Of a DNA stretch of 64,000 bases, positions 1-10,500 are shown piece by piece. The translations under genes and the position numbers were made by a program. The notes under the pieces were generated by a model. The model did not search any database. It was not told the origin of the DNA and saw only the letters and a program-made list of their open reading frames with translations. This DNA comes from Neoechinorhynchus agilis (taxonomy: Eukaryota; Animalia; Acanthocephala). Numbering within the stretch: position 1 is the stretch's first letter; every line of letters begins with the position of its first letter. The stretch is taken from assembly GCA_051530055.1 (NCBI GenBank), contig JBMGUZ010000005.1, positions 1 through 64,000 of the forward strand. The letters run 5' to 3'.

Positions 1-113
1 CACCAATCTTACTACTCTCATAGCTGTTGAACCCCAAATATGCTAAGATTTTAACACCACTATTGCACATTCTACCCTTTATGTGTTTTCTCTAACCTAT
101 AATTTTAACCACG
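1..113 (-). rRNA. rrnS: 5' portion of mitochondrial small-subunit rRNA (truncated by window edge)
   Basis: Directly downstream of trnM in the expected order. The minus strand ends ...AAGATTGGTG at base 1, where the conserved GTGCCAGC motif would be expected to start. Mainly positional. Confidence 0.5.
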
Positions 114-165
114 TGAGGGTAACATCTCAGAGGCATGAACCCTGCAGCTCCTATCGCCCGCCCTC
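114..165 (-). tRNA. trnM: mt tRNA-Met (CAT)
   Basis: Anticodon arm CAGGG-TTCATGC-CTCTG; acceptor GAGGG/CCCTC. Confidence 0.7.
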
Positions 166-438
166 AAAAAATTCTCTCATTTACCGTGAAAAGTTGGCAC
201 ACACCAAAAACCAGCTCAAAAAAAACTTTTTAAAAAAAACGAGTTTTTTTTAACAGTATATTTTTTTATGAATGTCTGTTTTTAACGCACTAATAATTTA
301 TTAAAAAAATTTTATTTTTAAAATTTGAAAAAAATTTACACTAAATTGACCTTTTGACCCCTAAATCGGCATCATGAATATAAATACTTATAGAAAAATT
401 AGAAAAAATTTCTCTTAATTCACTGCTACTTTGCACAC
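166..438. other. mitochondrial non-coding region between trnI and trnM
   Basis: AT-rich with A/T homopolymer runs, no ORF; position matches the acanthocephalan second NCR. Confidence 0.55.
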
Positions 439-478
439 ACCCTCAGCCAGTTTTGACATCAACAAAAAAAATAGAGAG
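439..478 (-). tRNA. trnI: mt tRNA-Ile (GAT), apparently armless (~40 nt)
   Basis: Anticodon arm TTTTG-TTGATGT-CAAAA; acceptor CTCTC/GAGGG; starts immediately after the nad1 stop. Confidence 0.6.
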
Positions 479-1366
479 TTAAACCAACCCCCACTCTACC
501 AGCATGCTAATCATTACAGCTGGTATCAGAATCTTCCACCTTAAAAGCATCAGTAAATCATACCGAAAACGTGGGAGGGACAACCGCAACCAACTAAAAA
601 CATATACAACTAAAAAAATCAGAACAAATCTAAAAGACCCCAATAGTAAATAACTGATTAAAATACTATACACTCTTATAAAGCCATATTCACCTAAAAA
701 CATAAAAGCAAAAACTAAACCCCCTAACTCAGTAACCCCGCCAGAAACCAACTCAGACTCCCCCTCCATAAAATCAACAGGCGTCCGATTAACCTCTATA
801 ATAACACCAATTAACAACAAGGGAAAATACAAGAAAAGCACTAAACCTACAACGCCTGAGAGGCGAAAAATGCTTACAGAAGAAAACACAACTATAAGCA
901 ACAATAAGCCAATCACTACTTCATAACTGATCATTTGTGCCACAGAACGTAAAACCCCGACAACCCTGTAGACTCCGCCACTAAATAAACCCATAGTAAA
1001 TACCCCCACAACTCTAAACCCCGCCACAAACAAAATAACCAAAACAAAAGGCATCCTCTCCATGCCACCCCTCAGCCTTACCACAATAACCCAAGAAAAA
1101 ATTATACAACAAAAAACAATAACACCGCCCAGCAATACCGAAAAAGAACTAGACATAGCGGGTAGGGCGTAAGACTTTATAAACAACTTAACCCCATCAA
1201 CCAAAGGTTGAACCACCCCGCCGATAAACACCTTATTTGGGCCCTTACGAACTTGCCCGTAAGCCAAAACCTTACGGTCTAATAGAGTAAAAAAGGCAAC
1301 TCTAAGTAAAATCAACAATACTACAACAATAACTCTAAACAACAAACGGATTTCAAGGTTAAACAC
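479..1366 (-). CDS. nad1: NADH dehydrogenase subunit 1
   Basis: RKVLAYGQVRKGPNKV, QPLVDGVKL, NRTPVDFMEGESELVSG and PRFRYD motifs; TAA stop. Confidence 0.97.
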   Translation of the reverse strand: MFNLEIRLLFRVIVVVLLILLRVAFFTLLDRKVLAYGQVRKGPNKVFIGGVVQPLVDGVKLFIKSYALPAMSSSFSVLLGGVIVFCCIIFSWVIVVRLRGGMERMPFVLVILFVAGFRVVGVFTMGLFSGGVYRVVGVLRSVAQMISYEVVIGLLLLIVVFSSVSIFRLSGVVGLVLFLYFPLLLIGVIIEVNRTPVDFMEGESELVSGGVTELGGLVFAFMFLGEYGFIRVYSILISYLLLGSFRFVLIFLVVYVFSWLRLSLPRFRYDLLMLLRWKILIPAVMISMLVEWGLV

Positions 1367-2444
1367 CCACTAAAGCCATAAGTAAAATAACACCAAAATA
1401 AAGACTCATAAAAAGAGGAGACAACTCTCTGTAGGGGTACTCCACCGATTCACCGCCCAAAAAAACTAACATAATAAAACTAACACCTAAAACAACCACC
1501 ATTAGCTTGTACAAAACTCAATAAACTATAGAACCCTTAAACTTAAACCTAAACAAACTAAAAATAGATAAAACCCCTACAGCCCCTAGTATCAAAATAA
1601 CACCGCCTAGCTTCCTATTAACTGACCGTAAAATGCAATAAGCAAATAAAAAATACCACTCAGGTTTGATATGCGAAGGAGTGCTTAAATAGTCAACCTC
1701 CTCAAAATTTGTCTCATCCATAAACCAATACACAGAGACAAACACCCCAAACCAAAAAAGCACTGTAATGCCCCCAAGACCAAACAAGTCTTTTCAAACA
1801 TATAAAGGACTAAACTCCAACTTATCAGACCTGGAAAAAACACCCAGGGGGTTAGAACTACCTTTCTCGTGCAATAAGAATAAATGGATTGCAATAAAAA
1901 ACCCCATAACTAACGATAAAATATAATGTAACCTAAAAAATCGAACCAATCTAACTACCCCCGCAGTTATTGAACCCCACAAAACGCCAGTGATTAAACC
2001 CCCTACCACTGGTATAGCGCCCAATATTCTTGTCACCACAGTCATACCTCAGTAAGATATTTGCCCCCAAGGTAGCACATAGCCCATAAAAGCCACCCCT
2101 ATAACAACCATCATAATAAACACACCACTAAGTCAGACTTTCTTTATTTTAACCCCAGAATAAATAAGCCCCTTAAAAATATGTAAATAAATAAATAAAA
2201 ACATCACCGTAGCCCCAAAGGAGTGTAAAAACCGTACAATTCAACCACAATACACTTCTTTTATAATATACACCACCCTACTATAGCCGCCGTCCAAATC
2301 TACGTAATAAAACAGCCTTAATAAGACACCCGAGACCACTTGCACCCCATAAACAACACCTAAAATAGAACCAAAATTATAACTCGCATTCAAATTTGTT
2401 GGGGTTGGTAAATTTAACAAACTTAACTTAACTATCTTAACCAC
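1359..2444 (-). CDS. cob: cytochrome b
   Basis: One open frame in code 5 (track pieces joined through TGA=Trp). LPTP..NFGSILG, LPWGQMSYWGMTV and [20 protein letters not shown]; TAA at 1359-1361. Confidence 0.97.
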
Positions 2445-2445
2445 C

Positions 2446-2495
2446 CATCAAAAATCTTAGACCCCCAAAGCCCATATTTAAATAAACTTTTTGAT
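2446..2495 (-). tRNA. trnP: mt tRNA-Pro (TGG)
   Basis: Anticodon arm TGGGC-TTTGGGG-GTCTA at 2458-2474; ends approximate. Confidence 0.6.
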
Positions 2496-2555
2496 GTAAA
2501 CAACAGATATTTGAAACTTAAATCCAACTCATCCCATCTGACATTTGTTTAATTA
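2496..2555 (-). tRNA. trnL2: mt tRNA-Leu(UUR) (TAA)
   Basis: Anticodon arm TTGGA-TTTAAGT-TTCAA at 2511-2527; ends approximate. Confidence 0.6.
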
Positions 2556-2561
2556 ACACAT

Positions 2562-4058
2562 CTAAGGCCTTAAAACAAATAAAACTACCATAACAAGCCC
2601 ACTTGCAAATAGACAAAAAAACATAATTCACCGGTACCACATCATAATAACCCTGTAAAACCCCCTGATAATAAGATTCAAACCCCTTATCATAACCCTA
2701 GAATCTAAACCGCTAAACACCCGAATAAATACCCAAACAACTAAGTCTATAAACACGCAGTATAAGCCCCCTAATATACTTAATAGAGAATTCCTATTCA
2801 CCGTAGCCCCGAACACTGCAACTGCAACTATAAACACCCAAAAAATAATAATTCTGGCGGGGTTAACAACACCCGGCCACGCATTTAAAAATCACCCCTC
2901 TACGACCAACCAACCTGAAACAGATATCACAGCCAAAACATACATTATACAATACAAACCCGGCACCCCGGCCACACCTGCGCTAGGGCTGATACCAACC
3001 CCTATTGCACCCTTAACCACTTTTAAAGAATAAATAAGACTAAAAGACAACACAAAATAAACAAAAAAGACCCAAAACAACCCCAAAAAGGAATCATTGA
3101 CCCACCTTAAAAGCACCTCTTTAGCTATAGAACCCCTAGAAAAAGGAACCCCGATTAAACTCACAACCCTAATAACAATAACAGCATAATTAATCTTCAA
3201 TCAAAAAGCAGCCCCCCTCCACAGCATCCGCCTATCCTGATTATGAGACATTAAAAAAACAATAACGCTTACTCTAACAAACAACAACCTCTTAAAAAAC
3301 CCATGTATGTACAAATGCAGATATGCGCAAGCCAAAACTCTACCCCTTAAAAACAAACTCAAAACACCTAAATGAAATAAAGTAGACAAAGCTACAATTT
3401 TCTTAACGTCCCTTTCAACCACACTAGAAAACCCCGCAATAAAAACTGTTAGCACGCCGAGCAGCCCTACGACTAGTAAAGTGTTAACATCCATAATCTC
3501 ATACGCGAATAAAACCATAAAAATACCAGCTGTGACCAGAGTAGAAGAATGAACTAAAGAAGAAACTGGTGTGGGGGCGGCTATCGCCATAGGCAACCAC
3601 ACCCTAAATGGGAACTGGGCCCTCTTACTCACTACACACATTAAAATTATTAGAGCTATATAAAAATCAAAAAGATTAACTCTAAGGCCCCTGAAAGCTA
3701 CAGAAAGATAAATAATAAAACCAATATCGCCAACCCGATTAATAACAATAGTGACTATAGAGCTAACCTTGCTGCCAAAATTACTGTAGTAATAAATCAA
3801 AACTAAGCTCACCACTCCTAAAATCTCCCACCCAATTAAAATTAAAATTCAATCCTTAAACATTAAAAAAATACATATACCTAAAACAAACAAGCCCACT
3901 ATCATATTAAAAGACCACCCATATTTTTCTATGTCCATGTACAACATTGTAAACAACAACACCATACCATAAATTAAAAATAAAACTCCCACTATGATCG
4001 ACTCACCTAGCCTATACGCAACCTCTGCCTCATAGGAAAACCACCACCCGACTATCAA
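2562..4058 (-). CDS. nad5: NADH dehydrogenase subunit 5
   Basis: Four track ORFs share one frame joined by TGA=Trp. NRVGD, [31 protein letters not shown] and KKIVALST; TAG at 2562-2564. Confidence 0.95.
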
Positions 4059-4095
4059 CTCTAATCACCAAATCACACCTCATAAAAACAACCCC
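4059..4095 (-). tRNA. trnH: possible highly reduced mt tRNA-His (GTG)
   Basis: 37-nt gap between nad4 and nad5 containing a GTGTGAT loop with a weak stem; expected position. Confidence 0.3.
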
Positions 4096-5417
4096 CTAAA
4101 AAACAAAATTATCCTTACCACTGATAAGGAGACAAAAATGACTATTCTTAACATACCGATTTACGCCACAAACCACAATTGTTAATCACCGATATACAAT
4201 CAACAATAAACCCATTGAAGCCCACACTACCGACCTGAACAAACCGACTATCAACGATACACTCTCTAGGGGTTTAGGGTCACATAATGCTCGAGAAACA
4301 ACCATTAATAAAACTTCCACATTAACCACTATAGAAAACATTAATATGAAAATAACAAAAATTAACATTATTTTATTAAAATACAACACCCCAAAAACTA
4401 AACCCAACTCGGCCCAAAAAGAACCCGATAAGGGAAATCTAAAATTCAAAATAAACATTAAAAACACTATAAACATCAGACCTGAGCCTCAAACCACCAC
4501 ATTTTTCAATACAAAAAATCTACGCCTCATATAAATGGAGGACAAACACCCTACCAAATAAAACAAACCCGTTGACAAAAATCTGTGAAATAAAACAACT
4601 AGTACTCTTAACATGACCAACCTGGATGAAGAAAACATAAACCCTAGTACCACAAAAGATATATGCACTACAGAGGAGTAAGCAACAAGAACCTTTAAAT
4701 CCCTAGTAAAATACATCTTGCACAAACAAGCCATAAGGCCCACTAACAAGACCCCCACAAAACAACTCAAAAATGCCCCTAGGTACACAATAAACAAGAA
4801 AACCCCATAACCCCCCATCTTAATCAACACTCCGGCTAGTAATATTGACCCCGCCACAGGAGACTCTACATGAACCAGAGGCAACCACTGATGCAGCCCC
4901 CACACCGGCACCTTTATAAAAAAGCCTAATAAGACCAAATAAACTAACCAACTAAAAATTTCTATACCGAGTACACCGCTAAAACCCACGTCAGCCCCAA
5001 AACTGTATAACCCCAATAATAGCAAAAACAGAGGAACAGAAAAAACGACCGTGTAAACAACAAAATTTTTTACAGTAAACAACCGCTCCTGATAACCAGA
5101 CCTACTAATAATAATATACAACAGACCCAATATAACAGACTCATAGCAAACGTAAAACACCAGCAAACTAGACCTCAAGAAAAACCAAACACATAAACCG
5201 ATCGTTACGACCACCACCAAAGCAGAGTAAAAATCCCATGTTTTACAAATAAATAAAGCTAGAAACAACAACACCATTAAAACAACCCACAACCTAAAAG
5301 AGCTAAACTCAACCCTCTCATAACTAAACCCCACCTAACCCCAGACCTTAAAAAACAAACAAATAGCAAGCCATAAAACACAACCAAAACAAAACAAACA
5401 AACCACCTTTCAACCAT
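4096..5417 (-). CDS. nad4: NADH dehydrogenase subunit 4 (5' end has an apparent frameshift or stop near 5330-5337)
   Basis: GYQERL, KVPVWGLHQWLPLVHVESPVAGSILLAGVLIKMGGYG and KVLVAYSSVVH; TAG at 4096-4098. Main frame is open only from GTG 5334. Confidence 0.92.
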
Positions 5418-5495
5418 TAACCCTGCCACTAAAACCCTAATTCTTTGACCTGCAAGCCACCCCTGGAAGAAACCACTTCTACCACTAAAATTAAC

Positions 5496-5687
5496 CTAAC
5501 CAAAGAACTTTAAAACCACTAAACACAACCTGACAGACAAAGAACCCACCCCAAAGACCAATAAAGAACCAAAAAAGGTAACTAAAACGCCCAAAACAAT
5601 AACCTCTATAGAGATAAAAACAGACAACAGCCTCATAGCCCTAAACATCATATATAACCCCAAACAAAACACCACAACAAAGTTCAA
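5496..5687 (-). CDS. nad4L: NADH dehydrogenase subunit 4L
   Basis: Short hydrophobic ORF (LSVFISMEV) between trnS2 and nad4; somewhat short (63 aa). Confidence 0.7.
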   Translation of the reverse strand: MNFVVVFCLGLYMMFRAMRLLSVFISIEVIVLGVLVTFFGSLLVFGVGSLSVRLCLVVLKFFG

Positions 5688-5730
5688 TAAGCTATCTTCA
5701 AAATAACCCCCTCCGGCTTCTTTGCCACCC
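5685..5730 (-). tRNA. trnS2: mt tRNA-Ser(UCN) (TGA)
   Basis: Anticodon arm GTTAT-TTTGAAG-ATAGC at 5691-5707; ends approximate. Confidence 0.55.
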
Positions 5731-5734
5731 CAGA

Positions 5735-5778
5735 CACACCTAACAGCTTAACTACAAAATAAGCCCGCTCATGCCATT
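5735..5778 (-). tRNA. trnT: mt tRNA-Thr (TGT)
   Basis: GCTTA/TAAGC stem around a TTTGTAG loop at 5746-5764; ends approximate. Confidence 0.5.
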
Positions 5779-5825
5779 TTAACCCTAGTCTACGAAAAAA
5801 ACTCGTGCAAAACACCTGAAATAAA
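5779..5825 (-). tRNA. trnE: mt tRNA-Glu (TTC)
   Basis: Anticodon arm AGTTT-TTTTCGT-AGACT at 5787-5803; ends approximate. Confidence 0.55.
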
Positions 5826-5868
5826 CCGAGTAACAAACCTCCTAGCACAAAAAACTATCAATCTTACT
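5826..5868 (-). tRNA. trnK: mt tRNA-Lys (TTT)
   Basis: TAGT-TTTTTGT-GCTA at 5843-5857; expected order V-K-E-T-S2. Confidence 0.45.
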
Positions 5869-5925
5869 CTTTGAGACAACCTGCTTAATGTAAATAAGCC
5901 ATTTTATTCCAACTCCCCCCAAGAT
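5869..5925 (-). tRNA. trnV: mt tRNA-Val (TAC)
   Basis: Anticodon arm GCTTA-TTTACAT-TAAGC at 5883-5899; ends approximate. Confidence 0.6.
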
Positions 5926-6283
5926 AATATATATACATAACATCTCAGAATATGTTACCCTCACCTATAATGTACTACCCCTAATCATATACCCCTATAG
6001 AGAGGGATTCCCATACACTAAACTGACTATCTCTCTTCTTTTTATATATTTTTTTTAATCCGAGATACACACTGGTGTGGTTAGTATTATTATCCTTATA
6101 TCAGCCCCATATATAAGCATAGAAGACTTTACCGCTTCCGGATACTATAAACAACCGCTGCCACTACCCTCTTAATCCTACCCCCATTTAATTTATAGAA
6201 TTAATATTAGGTGTTTTTGTTGTTAGCTCCGCGCTAAAAACATTATCTTCTTCAATCTTACAAATTTTTTGTACAAAAATTAA
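5926..6283. other. mitochondrial non-coding (control-like) region between trnW and trnV
   Basis: No gene; AT runs and short hairpins; position matches the acanthocephalan first NCR. Confidence 0.6.
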
Positions 6284-6344
6284 CGAAAGCCGCTTTAAAC
6301 GCGCCTCAAGTCTTGAAAACTCGTAGTCATATAACCTAGACTTC
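6284..6344 (-). tRNA. trnW: mt tRNA-Trp (TCA)
   Basis: Anticodon arm CGAGT-TTTCAAG-ACTTG; follows the nad3 stop. Confidence 0.7.
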
Positions 6345-6668
6345 CTATAGCGATCAATCGATTCTCCCGATTCACCACTCTCAAATAGTACCAAGTACAA
6401 AGACCCATAAGATCAAAGAAAACTCTAACAAAAACACCCTTCTAGAAGGAATAAGCATTGGCCTAAAAATCAATAGCACTAGCTCAAGGTCTATTAACAA
6501 AAATAACAGACTTAGAATAAAAAATCGTAAAGAAAAATACAGTCCTTTACAGACCATCCGATTTATGCCACACTCGAAAGTTTTCACCCTTCCGAGCTCT
6601 GGCAACGAACGAATAAATAAAATCATACTAGCTAAGACAAAAACCGCAGATATGATAACTATAAACAA
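6345..6668 (-). CDS. nad3: NADH dehydrogenase subunit 3
   Basis: FECG, FSLRFF and DLELVL; in code 5 ends GTIWEWWIGSIDWSL-TAG at 6345-6347. Confidence 0.93.
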
Positions 6669-6670
6669 AT

Positions 6671-7210
6671 CTAGGATCTATATAGCACCAATAAAGACAC
6701 ATAAATATAACCCTGTAAATAACAGACTAAGCACTCTAAAAGCAATACGCTTAGAACTCCTAACATTACAATGAAACTCATGGTTGAGCTAAAAAACAAC
6801 AATATAGCAAACAACACATGCCCCCTTGAGATATTAACCCCCAATCGGACGCCTAAAGTCAAAGGACGAACCGCCCACCTCACTGCCTCTAAAATAGGCA
6901 TAATAAACATGAATGCCCCCTCCAAACCAGCAGGTAAAAAATGTCTTACTAAACAACCAAACCCGATGTTAGAAAACAAAACCACCAAAGAAAACACCCA
7001 CAAAATAAAACTCACACACAAAATGCACCCCATGTGCATCGTGTAACAGGACCCCAGCAATAGGCCAGACACATTAACCATAATTAACGCTAACATAAAA
7101 CCAACCAACGCCACCCTTTTGGGGGAGGTAGAGGGCTGCATACCCCCTGTGCTTAAAGGCAAAACAAAAAACGGTACACACGACATCAAAAACAGAACCA
7201 AAACTATCAA
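6671..7210 (-). CDS. atp6: ATP synthase F0 subunit a
   Basis: RPLTLGVRLGVNIS.GH and LECLVCYLQGYIY; TTG start, TAG stop. Confidence 0.93.
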   Translation of the reverse strand: MIVLVLFLMSCVPFFVLPLSTGGMQPSTSPKRVALVGFMLALIMVNVSGLLLGSCYTMHMGCILCVSFILWVFSLVVLFSNIGFGCLVRHFLPAGLEGAFMFIMPILEAVRWAVRPLTLGVRLGVNISRGHVLFAILLFFSSTMSFIVMLGVLSVLLLECLVCYLQGYIYVSLLVLYRS

Positions 7211-7320
7211 ACCAGCCCACTAAAACTGCCACCCCTGAAAGAACCCCTGGGGGAACAAGCCGCCCAAGTAGAACACACGTAAATTAAAACCCATAACACA
7301 ACAATCAATATAAGAACCAT
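7204..7320 (-). CDS. atp8: putative ATP synthase F0 subunit 8 (38 aa)
   Basis: ATG...TGA TAG in code 5: MVLMLIVVLWVLIYVCSTWAACSPSGSFSGGSFSGLVW. Lies between trnD and atp6 with a 7-nt TTGATAG overlap; lacks MPQL. Confidence 0.55.
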
Positions 7321-7362
7321 TAGGGGGACCGCCGAGGGCTAGACACACCCTTAAAACCCCTA
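7321..7362 (-). tRNA. trnD: mt tRNA-Asp (GTC), apparently armless (~42 nt)
   Basis: Anticodon arm AGGGT-GTGTCTA-GCCCT; acceptor TAGGGG/CCCCTA. Confidence 0.65.
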
Positions 7363-7365
7363 AAC

Positions 7366-7596
7366 CTAGAACGACCGTATGCAAACCCCGTCCTTAGACA
7401 TCCTAAACCTAATAAAAACAAACCCCGCAGCAACTAACACCCTCAGCAGCCCCAAAAACACCCCCACCGATTGAAGCCTTTCCCCTAAAACAGTGTAACT
7501 CAATATGGCCTCTTTAGAAGACCTAGCCCACCTTGATCAGATAAAAACCCCCAAGATAAAATTAAAAAAAGAGCCACCTAACGAAGACCAAAGGTT
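7366..7596 (-). CDS. nad6: NADH dehydrogenase subunit 6, 3' part (cut by the satellite junction)
   Basis: 76 open codons in code 5 ending ...GFVFISFSMSKDGVCMRSF-TAG; expected position upstream of trnD. Confidence 0.7.
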
Positions 7597-10500
7597 CCGT
7601 TTGATGGAATTTTGTAGGGAAAGGACGATTATAAACGGTTAGGCATTAACCTGGAACGGCCCTAGTATCTCTTTATGAGAAAGCTCTTGCCACCCGTTTG
7701 ATAGAATTTTGTAGGGAAAAGGACGTTATAAACGGTTGAGCATTAACCTGGCACGGAGAATTCTTCTCGTAAAAGCCAAAAAGAAGGTGGTCAATTCCTC
7801 CTCAGATCTAAGGCCAATTTCCATTCAGAACGCCCTAGTATCTCTTTATGAGAGAGCTCTTGCCACCCGTTTGATGGAATTTTGTAGGGAAAAGGACGTT
7901 ATAAACGGTTGAGCATTAACCTGGCACGGAGAATTCTTCTCGTAAAAGCCAAAAAGAAGGTGGTCAATTCCTCCTCAGTTCTTAGGCCAATTTCCACTCA
8001 GAACGCCCTAATATCTCTTTATGAGAAAGCTCTTGCCACCCATTTGATGGAATTTTGTAGGGAAAAGGACGTTATACACGGTTGAGCATTAACCTGGCAC
8101 GGAGAATTCTTCTCGTAAAAGCCAAAAAGAAGGTGGTTAATTCCTCCTCAGATCTTAGGCCAATTTATATTCAGAACGCCCTAGTATCTCTTTATGAGAG
8201 AGCTCTTGCCACCCGTTTGATGGAATTTTGTAGGGAAAAGGACGTTATAAACGGTTGAGCATTAACCTGGCACGGAGAATTCTTCTCGTAAAAGCCAAAA
8301 AAGAAGGTAATTCCTCCTCAGATCTTAGGCCGATTTCCATTCTGAACGCCCTAGTATCTCTTTATGAGAGAGCTCTTGCCACCCGTTTGATGGAATTTTG
8401 TAGGGAAAAGGACGTTATAAACGGTTGAGCATTAAACTGGCACGGAGAATTCTTCTCGTAAAAGCCAAAAAGAAGGTGGTCAATTCCTCCTCAGATCTTA
8501 GGCCAGTTTCCATTCTGAACGCCATAGTATCTCTTTATGAGAAAGCTCTTGCCACCCGTTTGATGGAATTTTGTAGGGAAAAGGACGTTATAAACGGTTG
8601 AGCATTAAACTGGCACGGAGAATTCTTCTCGTAAAACAAAAGAAGAATTGGTCAATTCCTTCTCCAACTCTTGAAAACCCGAACCTCCATTCAGAACGCC
8701 CTAGTATCTCCTTATGAGAGCTCTTGCCACCCGTTTGATGGAATTTTGTAGGAAAAGGACGTTATAAACGGTTGAGCATTAACCTGGCGATTCTTCTCGT
8801 AAAAGCCAAAAAGAAGGTGGTCAATTCCTCCTCAGATCTTAGGCCAATTTCCATTCAGAACGCCTTAGTATCTCTTTATGAGAAAGCTCTTGCCACCCGT
8901 TTGATGGAATTTTGTAGGAAACAGTACGTTATAAACGGTTGAGCATTAACCTGGCACGGAGAATTCTTCTCGTAGAAGCCAAAAAGCAGGTGGTCAATTC
9001 CTCCTCAGATCTTAGGCCGATTTCCATTCTGAACGCCCTAGTATCTCTTTATGAGAGAGCTCTTGCCACCCGTTTGATGGAATTTGGCAAGGAAAAGAAC
9101 ATTATAAACGGTTGAGCATTAACCTGGCACGGAGAATTCTTCTCGTAAAAGCCAAAAAGAAGGTGGTCAATTCCTCCTCAGATCTTAGGCCAATTTCCAT
9201 TCAGAACGCCCTAGTATCTCTTTATGAGAGAGCTCTTGCAACCAGTTTGATGGAATTTTGTAGGGAAAAGGACGTTATAAACGGTTGAGCATTAACCTGG
9301 CACGGAGAATTCTTCTCGTAAAAGCCAAAAAGAAGGTGGTCAATTCCTCCTCAGATCTTAGGCCAATTTCCATTCAGAACGCCCTAATATCTCTTTATGA
9401 GAAAGCTCTTGCCACCCATTTGATGGAATTTTGTAGGGAAAAGGACGTTATAAACGGTTGAGCATTAACCTGGCACGGAGAATTCTTTTCGTAAAAGCCA
9501 AAAAGAAGGTGGTCAATTCCTCCTCAGATCTTAGGCCAATTTCCGTTCAAAGGAACACCCTAAGTCTCTTTATGAGAGAGCTCTTGCCACCCGTTTGATG
9601 GAATTTTGTAGGGAAAAGAACGTTATAAACGGTTCAGCATTAACCTGGCACGGAGAATTCTTCTCGTAAAAGCCAAAAAGAAGGTGGTCAATTCCTCCTC
9701 AGATCTTGGGCCAATTTCCATTCAGAACGCCCTAGTATCTCTTTATGAGAGAGCTCTTGCCACCCGTTTGATGGAATTTTGTAGGGAAAAGGACGTTATA
9801 AACGGTTGAGCATTAACCTGGCACGGAGAATTCTTCTCGTAAAAGCCAAAAAGAAGGTGGTCAATTCCTCCTCAGATCTTAGGCCAATTTCCATTCAGAA
9901 CGCCTAGTATCTCTTTATGAGAGAGCTCTTGCCACCCGTTTGATGGAATTTCTTATGGAAAAGGACGTTATAAACGGTTGAGCATTAACCTGGCACGGAG
10001 AATTCTTCTCGTAAAAGCCAAAAACAAGGTGGTCAATTCCTCCTCAGATCTTGGGCCAATTTCCATTCAGAACGCCCTAGTATCTCTATATGAGAAAGCT
10101 CTTGCCACCCGTTTGATGGAATTTTGTAGGGAAAGGGACGTTATAAACGGTTGAGCATTTACCTGGCACGGAGAATTTTTCTCGTAAAAGCCAAAAAGAA
10201 GGTGGTCAATTCCTCCTCAGATCTTAGGCCAATTTCCATTCTGAACGCCCTAGTATCTCTTTATGAGAGAGCTCTTGCCACCCGTTTGATGGAATTTTGT
10301 AGGAAGGGACGTTATAAACGGTTGAGCATTAACCTGGCACGGAGAATTCTTCTCGTAAAAGCCAAAAAGAAGGTGGTCAATTCCTCCTCAGATCTTAGGC
10401 CGATTTTCATTCGTTTCTAGTATCTCTTTATGAGAGAGCTCTTGCCACCCGTTTGATGGAATTTTGTAGGGAAAAGGACGTTATAAACGGTTGAGCATTA

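Noticed and set aside
181-201. GTGCCAAC..CACGGTAA resembling the SSU rRNA 530 loop
   Set aside because: It lies upstream of a well-formed trnM in the non-coding region, and the real motif appears to begin at the window edge; treated as chance or relic.
420-438. tRNA-Cys-like GTGCAAA loop
   Set aside because: No convincing stem, and not the expected position for trnC.
6188-6400. 70-aa minus-strand ORF after nad3
   Set aside because: Different frame from nad3; overlaps trnW and the NCR.
4346-7046. Plus-strand ORFs over mt genes (4346, 6565, 6771) and minus-strand ORFs over the NUMT (27997, 28868)
   Set aside because: Antisense shadows of GT-rich mitochondrial genes.
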